Assembly: GCA_016748015.1 (NCBI GenBank)
Contig: JAAOMT010000352.1
Coordinates: forward strand, 558,001 to 622,000
DNA from: Geosiphon pyriformis uo1
Lineage: Eukaryota > Fungi > Glomeromycota
Reading direction: 5' to 3'
DNA: 64,000 nt
Every line of letters starts with the position of its first letter. Position 1 is the stretch's first letter. The position numbers were made by a program, and so were the translations under genes. The notes under the pieces are model-generated. The model was not told where the DNA came from. It searched no databases and worked only from the letters and a program-made list of their open reading frames with translations. Positions 52,148 through 64,000 of this stretch are shown here, piece by piece.

Positions 52148-54582
52148 TCAGATTTTTCTATTCGAACGTTTCTTCCCAACCTGTCTCCTCTTTTTTCCTG
52201 ACTCAAAACCGGCTGCTTGTTCCAAGGTACGCCCAATATTGTCTAAATCTTTGACCTTATAAATTCTGACAATCCAATTTTCGGTTGTATATGCTTCCTC
52301 CAAAGTATGTAACTTAATCTTTCCATGGGATAATTTCACACCACGAACACGATCTGTACCTTGACCGCCAAAAAGCTCATTGTAATTGTAATAGCTCATT
52401 TTATACATGATGCTATTACGCATTGTTGGTGTTGCCTCATCACCAACACGATATTCGCCGCGTTCATTAAAAAAGTCCTTTTCCCTAACTTGGTCAGGAT
52501 AGACGCCTTCTGCAATACGTATCATCCATAGAAATTTATTGATATCATCTCCAGAATATCCAAGCAATCCGCCGAAAATTATAAGCACATAATTGACATC
52601 ATGTCGGCGCAATATTTCATAAGCAGAATTTTCATCAGATGCTAGAGCACGACCGACAGTGGCGATGTGAGTGTTGTTCCATGTGTTATTGTCGACTAAA
52701 ACTGTGCGATCTGCCATCCCAGCAATCTGATAGCCATAATCCCACCAAGATAAAATTTTTGCCGAATAATCAGTATTTTTTCGTAGCCAGTAATATGCTT
52801 CTCTAAAATCATCAATAATGTAATTTGAACCATCAGCAGCTCGCGAAGCGAGGACAATAGAAGGAGAAGAATAAGCGGTGGTTGTCACCCATGTGCAATG
52901 CCATGTGAATATCCACAAGAAGAACAAGAAGTTCATGGTAACAATCAAGCGAGTATCAATTCCCAGAATTCCATAGTATTTGGTTTCTTTTTTCTTTTTC
53001 TTATCCACTAGCTTATTCGTGGTTGCAGCACCACCTTTTTTTGAGGAGGTTGGCTTGTCTGTATTTTTGAGCTTTTTTGTGCTCTTCTCATTAGCTTTAT
53101 CTGTAGCAGAGTCAGTAGACGTCTCATCCTCATCAGACAGATCGAGTGTCGACAGATCGAGATAAGTATCCAGTAGCCAAGAGAGAGCGACCGCAGATGT
53201 GACACAAACAATCGGAGTCAAGGCCAATATAAGCCGAACCATTACCCCCGCAAAATATGAGGCAGTAATTCCATATAAAATTACAAAAACGTGCTCATCA
53301 CGCAACTCTCTAAAACATAAATAAGTACCAGCTGGAAACAGAAATATCAGCATTTCAAGGTCGAAGAAAAATGATGGCCAGGCAGTTGGTTGATGCTCAG
53401 AAACTGAGGCTATAATCGGAATGTATTTCTTGGCATATCCTGTATCCCACAACGAATAGAAACGTCCAGTCCATGGAGCGATGTACCCTCCAACGGTTAA
53501 AAGAACCAACGCACTGAACATCAAGATAAATACAAGAACTACAAATCCTCTTAAGAGAATTTTAAACTGGTTCGAAGATAAATGATCTCTCACAAGCTCC
53601 ACAAATGCAATTATTTGCAATAGCCCAAATATTCCTAATTTCGGCCAAAATAGATCTAACTTTTAATAATGATCAAAAAACTAAAAGAATAAAGTTAAAT
53701 AAGACTTGCCTAAAGCAGCCATATGTTCACTCGTACGGGTAGGCATAAATCCAACAAAAGGAACTTGCATCGACATCAGGGTGCCAAGTACATAAAATGA
53801 TGAGTAGGAAACGTAAAGGCGGCTGGAAAATCGTCCCATCAAAATTAGCGCAAAAGCATGAAGAGGAATCAAATTGATGATAAAAACGTATCCACCTAAA
53901 AAATTGTTAAGGCTTTGGTTAACTCTCATATTAAAGTGACATTATAAAATTTCCTCCTTAACTTACCCCAAGCAGCGACCATATAAAAATAAAATAATGC
54001 AGCCCAAGCACCCCAAAAAGCGGATCCAAGTTTTAATGCTTTTATCCACAAATAAAAAGTGAAGACTAATAAGAAAATTGCAATTCCTTCATTATCGTAT
54101 GACCCAGCAACAGATCGAGAAATGTAGCCAGGCGCAACGCCAATAAAAGCGGCAGCCAGTAGTCCTGCGGAAGAATCCTTTATTTCCACAGTGAGCAAAT
54201 ATGCAGCTATAGCGGTAAATGCCGAAAATAAAGGTGCTAATAGTACGCACACATTCCGGATATCGACAGGAAAGTTTATTGCGTGTAGAAATTTATGAAT
54301 GACAGCTGAGGTCACCATAATTCCAGGATAAACTGTTCCACCTACCACTCGACCCAACGGGTACCACGACCTCTCGTCGAACCAGTTCCAGAAATCATAG
54401 AACCCGTTGGCGACCAAATACCGAGTGGTACGATAGTTAAACCATGGGTCAAACTCATGAATAACACTTTCGTAGCGTACTATACTGAACAGACGACTGC
54501 CGATGGCCACTGCGGCGATGAGACCGATAATAACAACTTTTAATAGAGCCGCTTGGTTTTGTGCGTCTAAACCGAGCACCAT
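52148..54582 (-). CDS. STT3: Oligosaccharyltransferase catalytic subunit STT3; exons 54582-53967, 53895-53710, 53634-52148 (762 aa)
   Basis: [43 protein letters not shown]. Spliced length 2289 nt is in frame. An alternative upstream ATG exists at 54618. Confidence 0.97.
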
Positions 54583-55211
54583 CTTAAATTTGTGCGTACG
54601 AGGTTGAAAATTCAACATACGAAACGCACAATAAAATCTAAAGAAACTAAGCTCGAATCAAAAGACTAACCCAGTAAAGAATCTGCAATAAATGCAGTTT
54701 TATGTGTTTCTCGAAACTTTCCCGTTCATTTTTGAAATCACAAAATTTCTCAAGTTTCAGCCAATTAATGACTAACACATCTTTGATGCAAATCTAGTAA
54801 CACAACAATCATATGTCTTTAATTCATTTTATAATATGCTTTTATTGAGTGTAGCCCACATATAAACAGACTAAAGTCTCTTAACAAATATGGCTCACGC
54901 GTTTTAGTTATATATATGTATTCTTATTTTTCGATTTAAATAATATAATCTTTTATTAATTACTTAGATTTTAATAAATAGTTTATATTGTTAACAAAAA
55001 ACTTGTAAAAAATTAAATATTTAAATATTTTTAAAATTGGCTAGTTTTTTTATTAGAACATTTTGTTATGATTTTTTGATTTTTTAATGTTTATTAAAAA
55101 AAATCAAAAATTAATTTTAGAATAAAATAATACTTATTTTGCAATATAGCAAAAAAATCAAATTTTTTTTATCTTGTAAAAAAAGCATAATTGTAAATTT
55201 ATAAATATTAT

Positions 55212-58060
55212 TGTTATGGATTGGAGTAACAAGCTAATGAATAGCAAAAAAAAACAGAATTATAGGGTAATGGAAATAATTAAAGAGAGAATTACAATAA
55301 GAGAGTGAATTAAATGAGTAAGAATTCAATGTGTGTAATTAGTTTCATAAAAATTACAGGTACAACTTTTTTCTAAGAATCTAAAAGTAGAGAAATAGTC
55401 TGTGATTGTCAACAAGATAATATTGTTGTTATTATTCTATGCTTTACTTGGTAATTCTTAGAATTAATAATAGATATTATTGTGCTTTTTAATTGTTTTT
55501 TTATTTAATAAATTACAAGAACAAGCAATCGCTTTTTAGACTAATTCTAACAAATACAAATTAAAAAGAGAAAAAGATAAGATATGTAAATATTAACAAG
55601 TAATCTTTTATTTCAAGATGTTTAGATACTTAAAAGTAGAAAAAAAGGAATAAGTAATATAAGAAGAAGTAATTAATAGTGAGTTTTATTTTATTACTTT
55701 AATAATTAATACTGTTATAACTAAAAAACTTATTGTTTATATAACTATTAAATATGGTTAATGACTAAATTAATAATTAGATTAATAATTAGGTCAATGA
55801 TCAGATCAACAGTTAGGTCATTAATTAAGTAAATAATTACTATCTAAAAATATAATAACAAATTATATAATATTAGTGACTAATACATATAATAACTAAT
55901 AAAAACTATGGTTTTTAATTATAATATCATTTTTTTCAAAAAAATTGAGCTTTGATGAAGTTTTTTGTATATAAAGTATATAATATTTAAGGTAAAATAA
56001 GCTTTGTATTTAAGAAATTAAATCTTTGTATAAGAGTTTTGGTTCTTTTTACAATGATCAAAATTCTTAGAACATCCAATTATATAATGCCCAGAATTTT
56101 CACTTGTATTTCTAAAGCTGTTTTTTTATAAGCTTTATATCTTTTATGATTTTATTAAAACAACCATAAAGTTCTAGTTGTCTTTTATATGACAAATTTT
56201 TGTTATTGGACAAAATTTTTTTAATTGTTTTTTCAAGTATATTGAAAGATAATAGTATGCTTGTTATTATGTTTTAGGCACATATTTATTTATTTTGCTA
56301 CCAATTTTTTTTCTTCTAATAGTGGTTTTCTTTGGTTTAATAACAGTATATATTTTATTGTTATTGGTTATAATAGTCTGTTTTCTAATAATCAGAATAG
56401 CATTTGGATAATTTTTGATCAAATACTTATAGAAAGTATAAAAAGCATTTTGAATGTTTTGATCTAAGAAATAATTGTTCATGTCAATTAAAAATATCTC
56501 TGTTTTGAGAATAATATATTTATTTATATCTAATTTTTGCTAATCATTTGGATTAGTATTATCACAACAAATAATTAATCAGATTATTTGTGATATTTTT
56601 TGAATTTTATGTTATAAACAGAGTAATTATTAAAGATTGTTTCATATTGATTTTGTAAGATATAAAAATTATTTTTTAAAACTTTATTGACTATAAAAAA
56701 TTTTTTTTATTGACTAAAAAATTTATTACCATAAATATTATTTGTTTAAGTGGTATTTAAAAACTATGTTACCAACACTTAAAAAAAATGTTTTATAAGT
56801 TTTTTTTGAAACTGCTTTATTTTTTTAAAGGCAATTATCTGTGCTTTTATTAATAAGTTAAAAATAATATTAAGTTTTTTTTGCAAAATATTTTTATAAT
56901 TTCTTATTAAAAAGTATTGTCTTAATATTAATTTTTATTAGTAGTATTGCTATTTATTTATAGAACAGATAAAAAAATTCATAACTTATTATGTCATAAT
57001 TTACAGTTTTATAAGCAAACAAAATTAAAAGCAGTATTTTGTTTTATAAATTTGTTTCTTTACTGGTTTTGGCTAAGATTTTATATAGTGTTTTATTAAA
57101 ACATTCCACTAGGTTATTTGTTTAAAGGTAATAAAAAAAAAGTTTATAACATATTCCTATTTTTCTACAAAATTTTTTAACTAGTGTATTAAAAAAAGCT
57201 CTTTTTTTATCAAATAAAAATTTTTTGGAGCAACTATGGTAACAAATAATATCTTTATAAATAAAGTTGACAATAAAAACTGTTGTTTAATCTGGAGTGA
57301 CTTTTGTTTCTATTCATTTTATAAGATAGTCAGTAGCTATAATAATATATCTATTGTCATCAAAAGTTATAATTAAAGATCCAACAACATCTATACCAAT
57401 TCTGTTAAATAGTTAACCAATAAAAATTGGATAAATGTTTTCTTTGTTATTGGATTTTTTTTTCTTTGACAAGTATCATAAGTTTTAATGTATTCAACAA
57501 TGTTTTTTTTTAAAATAAGCCAATAATAGTAAACAAGTGTTTTTTGAATTGTTTTAGTCTTTTCAAAGTGCCCAACTAATGGATTAGTATATATGTTATA
57601 AATCACAATTTTTTTTTTCAAATTTGATATAACTTTCTAAAAATAATCAGGATTTTTTTATTTTTTTTGTATAGTTGGTTTTGGCAGATTAAATAAAAAT
57701 TTGATTGTTTTTGCAAATGTTTTCTTTGCTATTAAGTATAGTTTAGTGAAGGTTGTTTTTTATTCAAAAATTTTATTAAAGCAAAATAGTTGTTCAAATT
57801 TATTATTGTGTTTGTTTTAAGAAGAAGTTACTAATAATTAGATTGATTTAATTTGAAAAAATTGTGTACTATAATTGAATAGTAAGTTTAGAGAGAGTAT
57901 TAGCATTTTGATAATAAGCTTTTTTGCAATGTTGTATATTATAGTCAAATTTATTTAGATAGAGTATCTAGTAAGTTATTTTTTTGTGTTTTAGTTTTTT
58001 TTCTTATGTAGCCAAACCAAAGCTTAATGATTTATTATTACCAGAAATTTAACATCAAAA
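55212..58060 (-). mobile_element. Decayed LTR element G: 3' LTR (~55212-55926), 3' ORF, integrase, end of RNase H
   Basis: Integrase zinc-binding region (LVGHFEKTKT...YYW...DTCQRK); NANTLSKL then a stop at ~57869; PPT-like tract and gagct motif at ~55927-55952. Confidence 0.65.
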
Positions 58061-58064
58061 AAAT

Positions 58065-60649
58065 ATTTATAATTAATTAAAGAATTAAGCACTAAAATAT
58101 TGATGTTAAAGATAGCCTAATAAAAGACCCATAAAACAAAAGTGAAAACTTAAGAATAGCTTATCAAAAGAGTATAATTGTTAAATTAAACTGGTCTTTA
58201 TACTAAAAAAAATTCAGAAAAATTACAATTAAGTAAATTTCTGTTTATTATACAAAAAACTTAACCAAATTTTTCAGATCCAAAAATCTTCAGAAATTAA
58301 CATTAAAAATAGCCATTGAGTATTAAATTACAGATTTGTTATTTATTTTAATATTCTAAATAATCATTTGTAATATTTAATGCTCTTTGTAAAATATAAT
58401 TTAATAAAGAATAAGCATTAGTATTAACTATTTAGAAAAGTAACAGACTTAAAAATTATAAAAACAAATTACATAAAATTCACAAATTTCTTATTCCAAC
58501 AATATTAACAACAATTAGAATTAACCAAAAATTATTTTCCAGCTGAATTAGTCTTTAATTTCTATATTAATAAAAAGATTATATATTTTTTAAGGAGACA
58601 AGCAGATTCCAATTATTACTAAAATAAATTGTGAAATTAAAAAGTATACTTAGCAAAAGTTTTTAATTATATTTGTAGACAAAAGCAAAAACAAGATATA
58701 AATATTAGCAAGTATATTTAAACCAATACAACTATTTAACTAGAAAAAACCCAGACTCGTTTTTTTATTACATCTATTATACTATTATATACCAAAAAGT
58801 ATCATCAACATATTATCAAAATTTGTATTATCATTAACAGCAAAACCAATTATTACAAAAATTTTATTTTAAAGCAATTAGAAGAAATCCAAACTGCTAA
58901 AAACCTATGACAATTACTTTAAAGAATTTAAGTCATAACCAACAATGTTATCAGAACTTTGATTACTGTTATCTTAACTTAATTTCGAATCTACCAATAA
59001 TTGGGCAAATACCAAATCAGAAAAAAAAAAGTAGTAATCAAAAAAATAATAATCAAAGTCCAATTCCAAATAATTCTAAAAATAAAACTCTGATTATTCA
59101 GATCCAAAGAAATCAAACAATTCAAATTTTACCTTTATTATTCAGCAAACTCTATCTTTAATTATTCAAATTAATTTTTTAGTTGTATTAATAGCTATTT
59201 TTTAACAATTACAATCATAATTACTTATATTAATAACATATACACTAATTGTCAAATTAAAAAAATTTATTGGTAAAGAAAACAATGCCCAAGCATGACT
59301 GAATAATATAGCTAAAGCTATTACAGCCAATAAATGAGATAATGTTAAAGTTTTTTAAGCAATTTCATACTTTTTACAGAATACTACCAACTTATAGTAT
59401 TAAAGTTTCATAAACAAATCTAATAACTTTAATGTATTTAAAACTGCATTTCTATAGTATTTTAGTAATTATAACAGCATTAATTATTTATTAACTGGTT
59501 TTACTATTATTAAACAAGACAATACTAAAATAGTTACAACTTATTTAGAATGCTTTTACAGAAATCTGCACCAAATTCAAGCAATTAACACTAACTATTT
59601 TATAGTATTTTAGATCTTAAATCAATTTATTTACAGATTATATAGCAGTTTTTTATAATAAATACACATATTATACCTAAACACTTTACAAGATACAATC
59701 ATTTATGCCAAAAATTTTAAATTAGCCAAATTCAAAGCCAATCATACCCAAGCTATAAATCTAGTAATAAATAGATTATTTAAATTAAATTCCAAAACTA
59801 AAACAGTTTAATAAAACAATTAACCAGAAAATAAAAAGATATTTAGTTAATAATTAAGCAATCTATTAATTTTTTCAATGCTGTAACAATTAAGGAAATT
59901 CAAATCAGCTTTAATCTCAGTTATATTCCTTGTTATTATTAGCAAATTAACAATAACAGCAAGAGATACATATCTGCTACTATTGTTATAAACAAAAACA
60001 TATTTAATCAAACTGTTATTTAAGAATAAATAGCTTACAATTTGGAAATCAATATAAAAATTCCAATTACTGATTTCAAATTCTGAATTACATCAGTAAT
60101 TTATTAGAGCTACAACAATACTAACTTTATTATATATTAATAACATATTAGATATTATATGTATTTTTAATATATTAGATATTAACACTCATAATTTATC
60201 AAATTCTATTATCACAAGTAGTCTATTAACCTCCACAAATTTAAATATTATTATCAAATTTAGCTCAACTGCTAGCCAGAAACCAAAAATCAAAAATCAT
60301 TTAACAAAATTGAAGATTAGCAATAATTATATATTAACTAATTTACAGTAAATTAAACCAATACTTGGAATTATACCAAAAAAATTCAGAAAGTAAGTAC
60401 ACCCAAAATCTGAATTTACAGAGCTACTTAAGTTTTTTGACTATCTTAAAAAACAACTTATCTAATAACTTAAAAATTTAGTAACTACTTATTAACAATA
60501 TTCCATCAGCTATAATAACAAAAGACAAGTTATTTATTATTATTTTTTTTCTTTAAATTTGAAGATTCAGTAAAAATTTTATTATATAGTAAAGTTATTT
60601 TTAATGTCAAACCAATTACTGTTATGTATACTGATATTAAAATTAATGG
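58065..60649 (+). mobile_element. Decayed element F (B/C-like): partial 5' LTR to 58375, PBS, gag, start of protease
   Basis: Colinear with B 26550-29330; interrupted at PITVMYTDIKING by the LTR of E. Confidence 0.75.
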
Positions 60650-62800
60650 TATTATAAATAATTATTTGGAATGTTAAAACAAATAACAAATCTGTAACTT
60701 GGTGCTTAATAACTGATAATATTGGTAATTTCTGAAAATTTTGGAATCTAAAGGTTTTGGTTAAGTTTTTTGTATAATAGACAAAGATTTAATTAATAAT
60801 TTCTTCTGTTAATTTCTTTTTTCAATATAGTGGCTGATTTATTTTGGCAGTTGTGCCCTTCTGATAAGTTATTCTTAAATTTCTACTCTTGTTCTTAGAT
60901 TTTTTACCAGACTATTTTTGATATTAATTACTTAGTATTTAATTTTTTTAATTAATTAGTAAACAACAAAAAAATAAAATAAAAAAAAATAAAAATAAGA
61001 AAAAAAATAAAAATTTAGTATTTTATCAATAGCTATAATCAAAAGCTATTGGTCTAATATAATTAAATATTAGATTTTATTAATATAAAATATTAATAAT
61101 AGAAAAAAAATTAATATTTTTAATCAAACAACAATAACATAGATTGGATAATAATTAGATATTTTATTAATATTGATGGATTTCCACTTTAAGTTATAGA
61201 AAACTATTTTTTAAAGGAAGGAATATTGTGATTCTAAACTCTATTAAATTCTGAATATTTTTCTGCTTTTAATACTCTTACTATATATACATAATTTGTG
61301 TTATACAAGATTTCTGAGAATTCTGCAATTTTCCAAAAGAATTTTGGAATTCTAAAATTCTGCAATTTTCTAAAAAAATTCTGCAATTCTGTAATTTTGC
61401 AATTTTCTAAAAAAATTCTGAAATTTCTTATTTTACTATGTTTATTTCTAATTGGTTATTTTATTTATTATTATAATTCTTAATTTCTATGAATAAAATT
61501 ATTCATTTCTTTTAATATTGAGCTCTATCAAAATTTCTTAAATCTTTTATATCTCTTTTTTGGATTAGTTTTATTACTTTTTTCTTGAAAATTACTTGGA
61601 CAATATTGGTTTGTAATTTTTCAAATTAAATATTGGTAATTTTTCTCAATTGGTTGATGGTTACTATGTTTATTATTAAATATAGCAGTATTTTTGAACA
61701 GTTTTGAAACTCTGTTTATAACCAGTATATTGTTTATACCTGTGTAAATAAATTGTTTTTTTCCATAAATTGTTCTAGTTGTTGTAATATTGTTGTATTA
61801 AATATTCATTTTATTTTATTTATATATAAGTTCTAAATATTGAGTTTTTGTCTCAAATTATAATAGCAAAGTTTTTTAAAAATTGTTGTCTTTACTATTT
61901 TTAATTTTCTTTTATTAATTTCTTGTATAGTACTATTGTCTTTGGTGTTTCTATAGATATTTTTACTTTTGCTATTATATTCTCTACTATATTTTTATAT
62001 TTTCTGTATATCTTATATTGTACTTCATATTAAAATTTCTGTTTTTTTTCTGTATATTAAATAATTTGTTAATTAATTGTAATTTTTATGTTCAGTTTTT
62101 GATGTTTAATCAGTTGAAATAGTTGTTAGACTAGTAAGTAAATATTGTCAATAATTTCTATTTTTCTCTTTGTTTTTGATATATATATTGGTTTTTTTTA
62201 TATATTGTTCTTGTAAGTTAATTTGATGTGTTTGTGTTAATAATTATGATTGGTTCTAAATCTTATAAAATCTTATTTGGTTGGACTAATATTTGTTGTA
62301 TTTCTAATTGTGAAATATTATTAATAAATAATAATACTATGTTGTTATATAATTTTAATCAATTTCTATGTACTGTTTTAACTAAGATTTTGTTGTCCTA
62401 TTTTAATTTATAAGCTCTATTTTCTATAATTTCTTTAATATAAAAGAGTTTGTCCTATTTGGGGTCAAATTTTTTATTTTATTGTTATTCTACTTTAATA
62501 TAATATAAAAATACTTTGTCTTCAATCTTGAATTTAACTAGTTTATCTGGTAATTGGTTATTATGTTATTCTTTTTGTTTTTTTTGTGACTTTTGAATGT
62601 TATTAGCTGCTTTTTGCCTTTTGTATTTTAATGTTTTTATTAAGTTATATTTTCTTTTTAGTAATGTTTTTTGGAAGTTGACTTCTGTTATTGGTTTTAT
62701 TAGATATGTATTGATATTTATTTCAACTGGTAATGTTGCTGTTCTATCATAAACAAACTCAAATAATATTGCTTATATAGTATCTTGCTTTATTGTCCAA
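60650..62800 (-). mobile_element. Decayed element E: 3' LTR (60650-61498), ORF3 and integrase C-terminus
   Basis: Colinear with C 30205-32240; U3 repeats resemble solo LTR D. Confidence 0.78.
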
Positions 62801-64000
62801 TATTATCCAAGTAGAAAAACCAATCTAAAGTTATAGAAAAAATGTGACCAAAAATATAACAACATAAAATAATACAAGATAACATAAAAGAATACAGAAT
62901 AATATGTAATAACTTAGGATAACATAATACAAAAACTTGATAATGTTTTATAGCACAAAATAATTAGTTAAAACATAAGATAACTAATAATAACATAGAA
63001 AAATAAAATGATAACAAAAATAGTAAAGCAATAACTAGCAAGAACAAAACAATAAAAAAACAATTCTATAAAACCAAAAAAAATGTATAAAAACAAGTAA
63101 TTGTAAAAGTTAAAAAAAAGCCAAACAAGAATCAATTTTCATCTTCCTTATAATTATATTACAAAAATAAAAGACTTATTTGAAAAACACAAAATTTTCA
63201 ATACATAATTATTAATTATTTCATGTTTGAATTGAACTAATTCTTGTTTTATACTTTTGTTTTAGAACAGATGTTCTTAGCATAAACATTTTGAATCCTT
63301 AATAATCTGGACCAATTGCTTTTGATTATAATAATTGATAATACTAATTTATTTATTTTTATTTTTTATTTATTTTTTATTTATTTTTTTTTATTTTTTA
63401 TTTATTTTATTTTTTCTTGTAAAACAACAACATAGAAAAATCAACTGTCTAAAAATAAACTTTGTGATAGTCTGATAAAAAAAAAAGCTCACCCTAAGTT
63501 TAAATATTAATATTATTTTGATAGCTTATTAAAAAGACAAAAAAACACTATTAGATCCTAATAATTGTACTTATTAGCTTAAAAAAGATAGCTCACATTC
63601 ACATACAAGAAGTTACAACACTACAAAACAGATTTCTGTGTCTTATAACCAAAGAACTCCATGAATAAATTCATAACAATTCAACAGATCTTCAAAGATT
63701 AATAATATTAATACAATAAACAAGTTTACTAAAAGAAAACCATCAAAAGCTCCCTAAAAACCCAAAATCTTGAGCACTAAACATTACTACCATATACTAC
63801 TAAGTTTATTCATAACATTTTGTGCTCTCTATGAAGTTATAAAATTCATAAAGACAAAGCACCCCAAAAATTCACAAAAATAGCAACTATTAGAACAATA
63901 GAAAAAGATTATTTATCATATAAAAAAGTACTATTTCAATACTTTAAGAAAGATTTGGGAATATCATTTAAAGCCATCATCATTGAAAAAATTTTTTATT
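62801..64000 (+). mobile_element. Element H: 5' LTR (62801-63817), PBS and start of gag, inserted in E
   Basis: Abrupt junction in the E integrase; LTR end cataaca followed by ttttgtgctctctatgaag; downstream sequence resembles the B gag leader. Confidence 0.65.

Noticed and set aside
53681-54618. Separate genes for ORFs 53681-53929 and 53926-54618
   Set aside because: They are STT3 exons extended into introns.

Overview
AT-rich, TE-dominated eukaryotic DNA, probably from an early-diverging fungus of the Glomeromycotina type (inferred from the fungal-type STT3, ~70-75 nt introns and TE content; not verified). The only host gene is a 3-exon STT3 on the minus strand (52148-54582), whose second intron is GC-AG. 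Everything else is a resolvable stack of nested retroelements. (i) An ORF1-only (HAL1-like) non-LTR element has a full-length RNase H-bearing LINE inserted in its 3' tail, with a 10-bp TSD. (ii) A second LINE is split by a ~30-kb three-level nest of Ty3/Gypsy-type LTR elements (A, B, C) and a solo LTR (D), all with 4-bp TSDs. (iii) An older, more decayed LTR nest (G, F, E, H) lies right of STT3. The LTR elements share an unusual three-gene layout: Gag-PR-Cys-rich region-dUTPase-RT-RNase H then a conserved stop; a separately initiated integrase; and an unknown ~230-aa ORF3 that reads through the PPT into the 3' LTR. The B/C LTRs carry variable arrays of a 19-bp palindrome. All TEs are heavily eroded by C>T/G>A transitions, while STT3 is intact.
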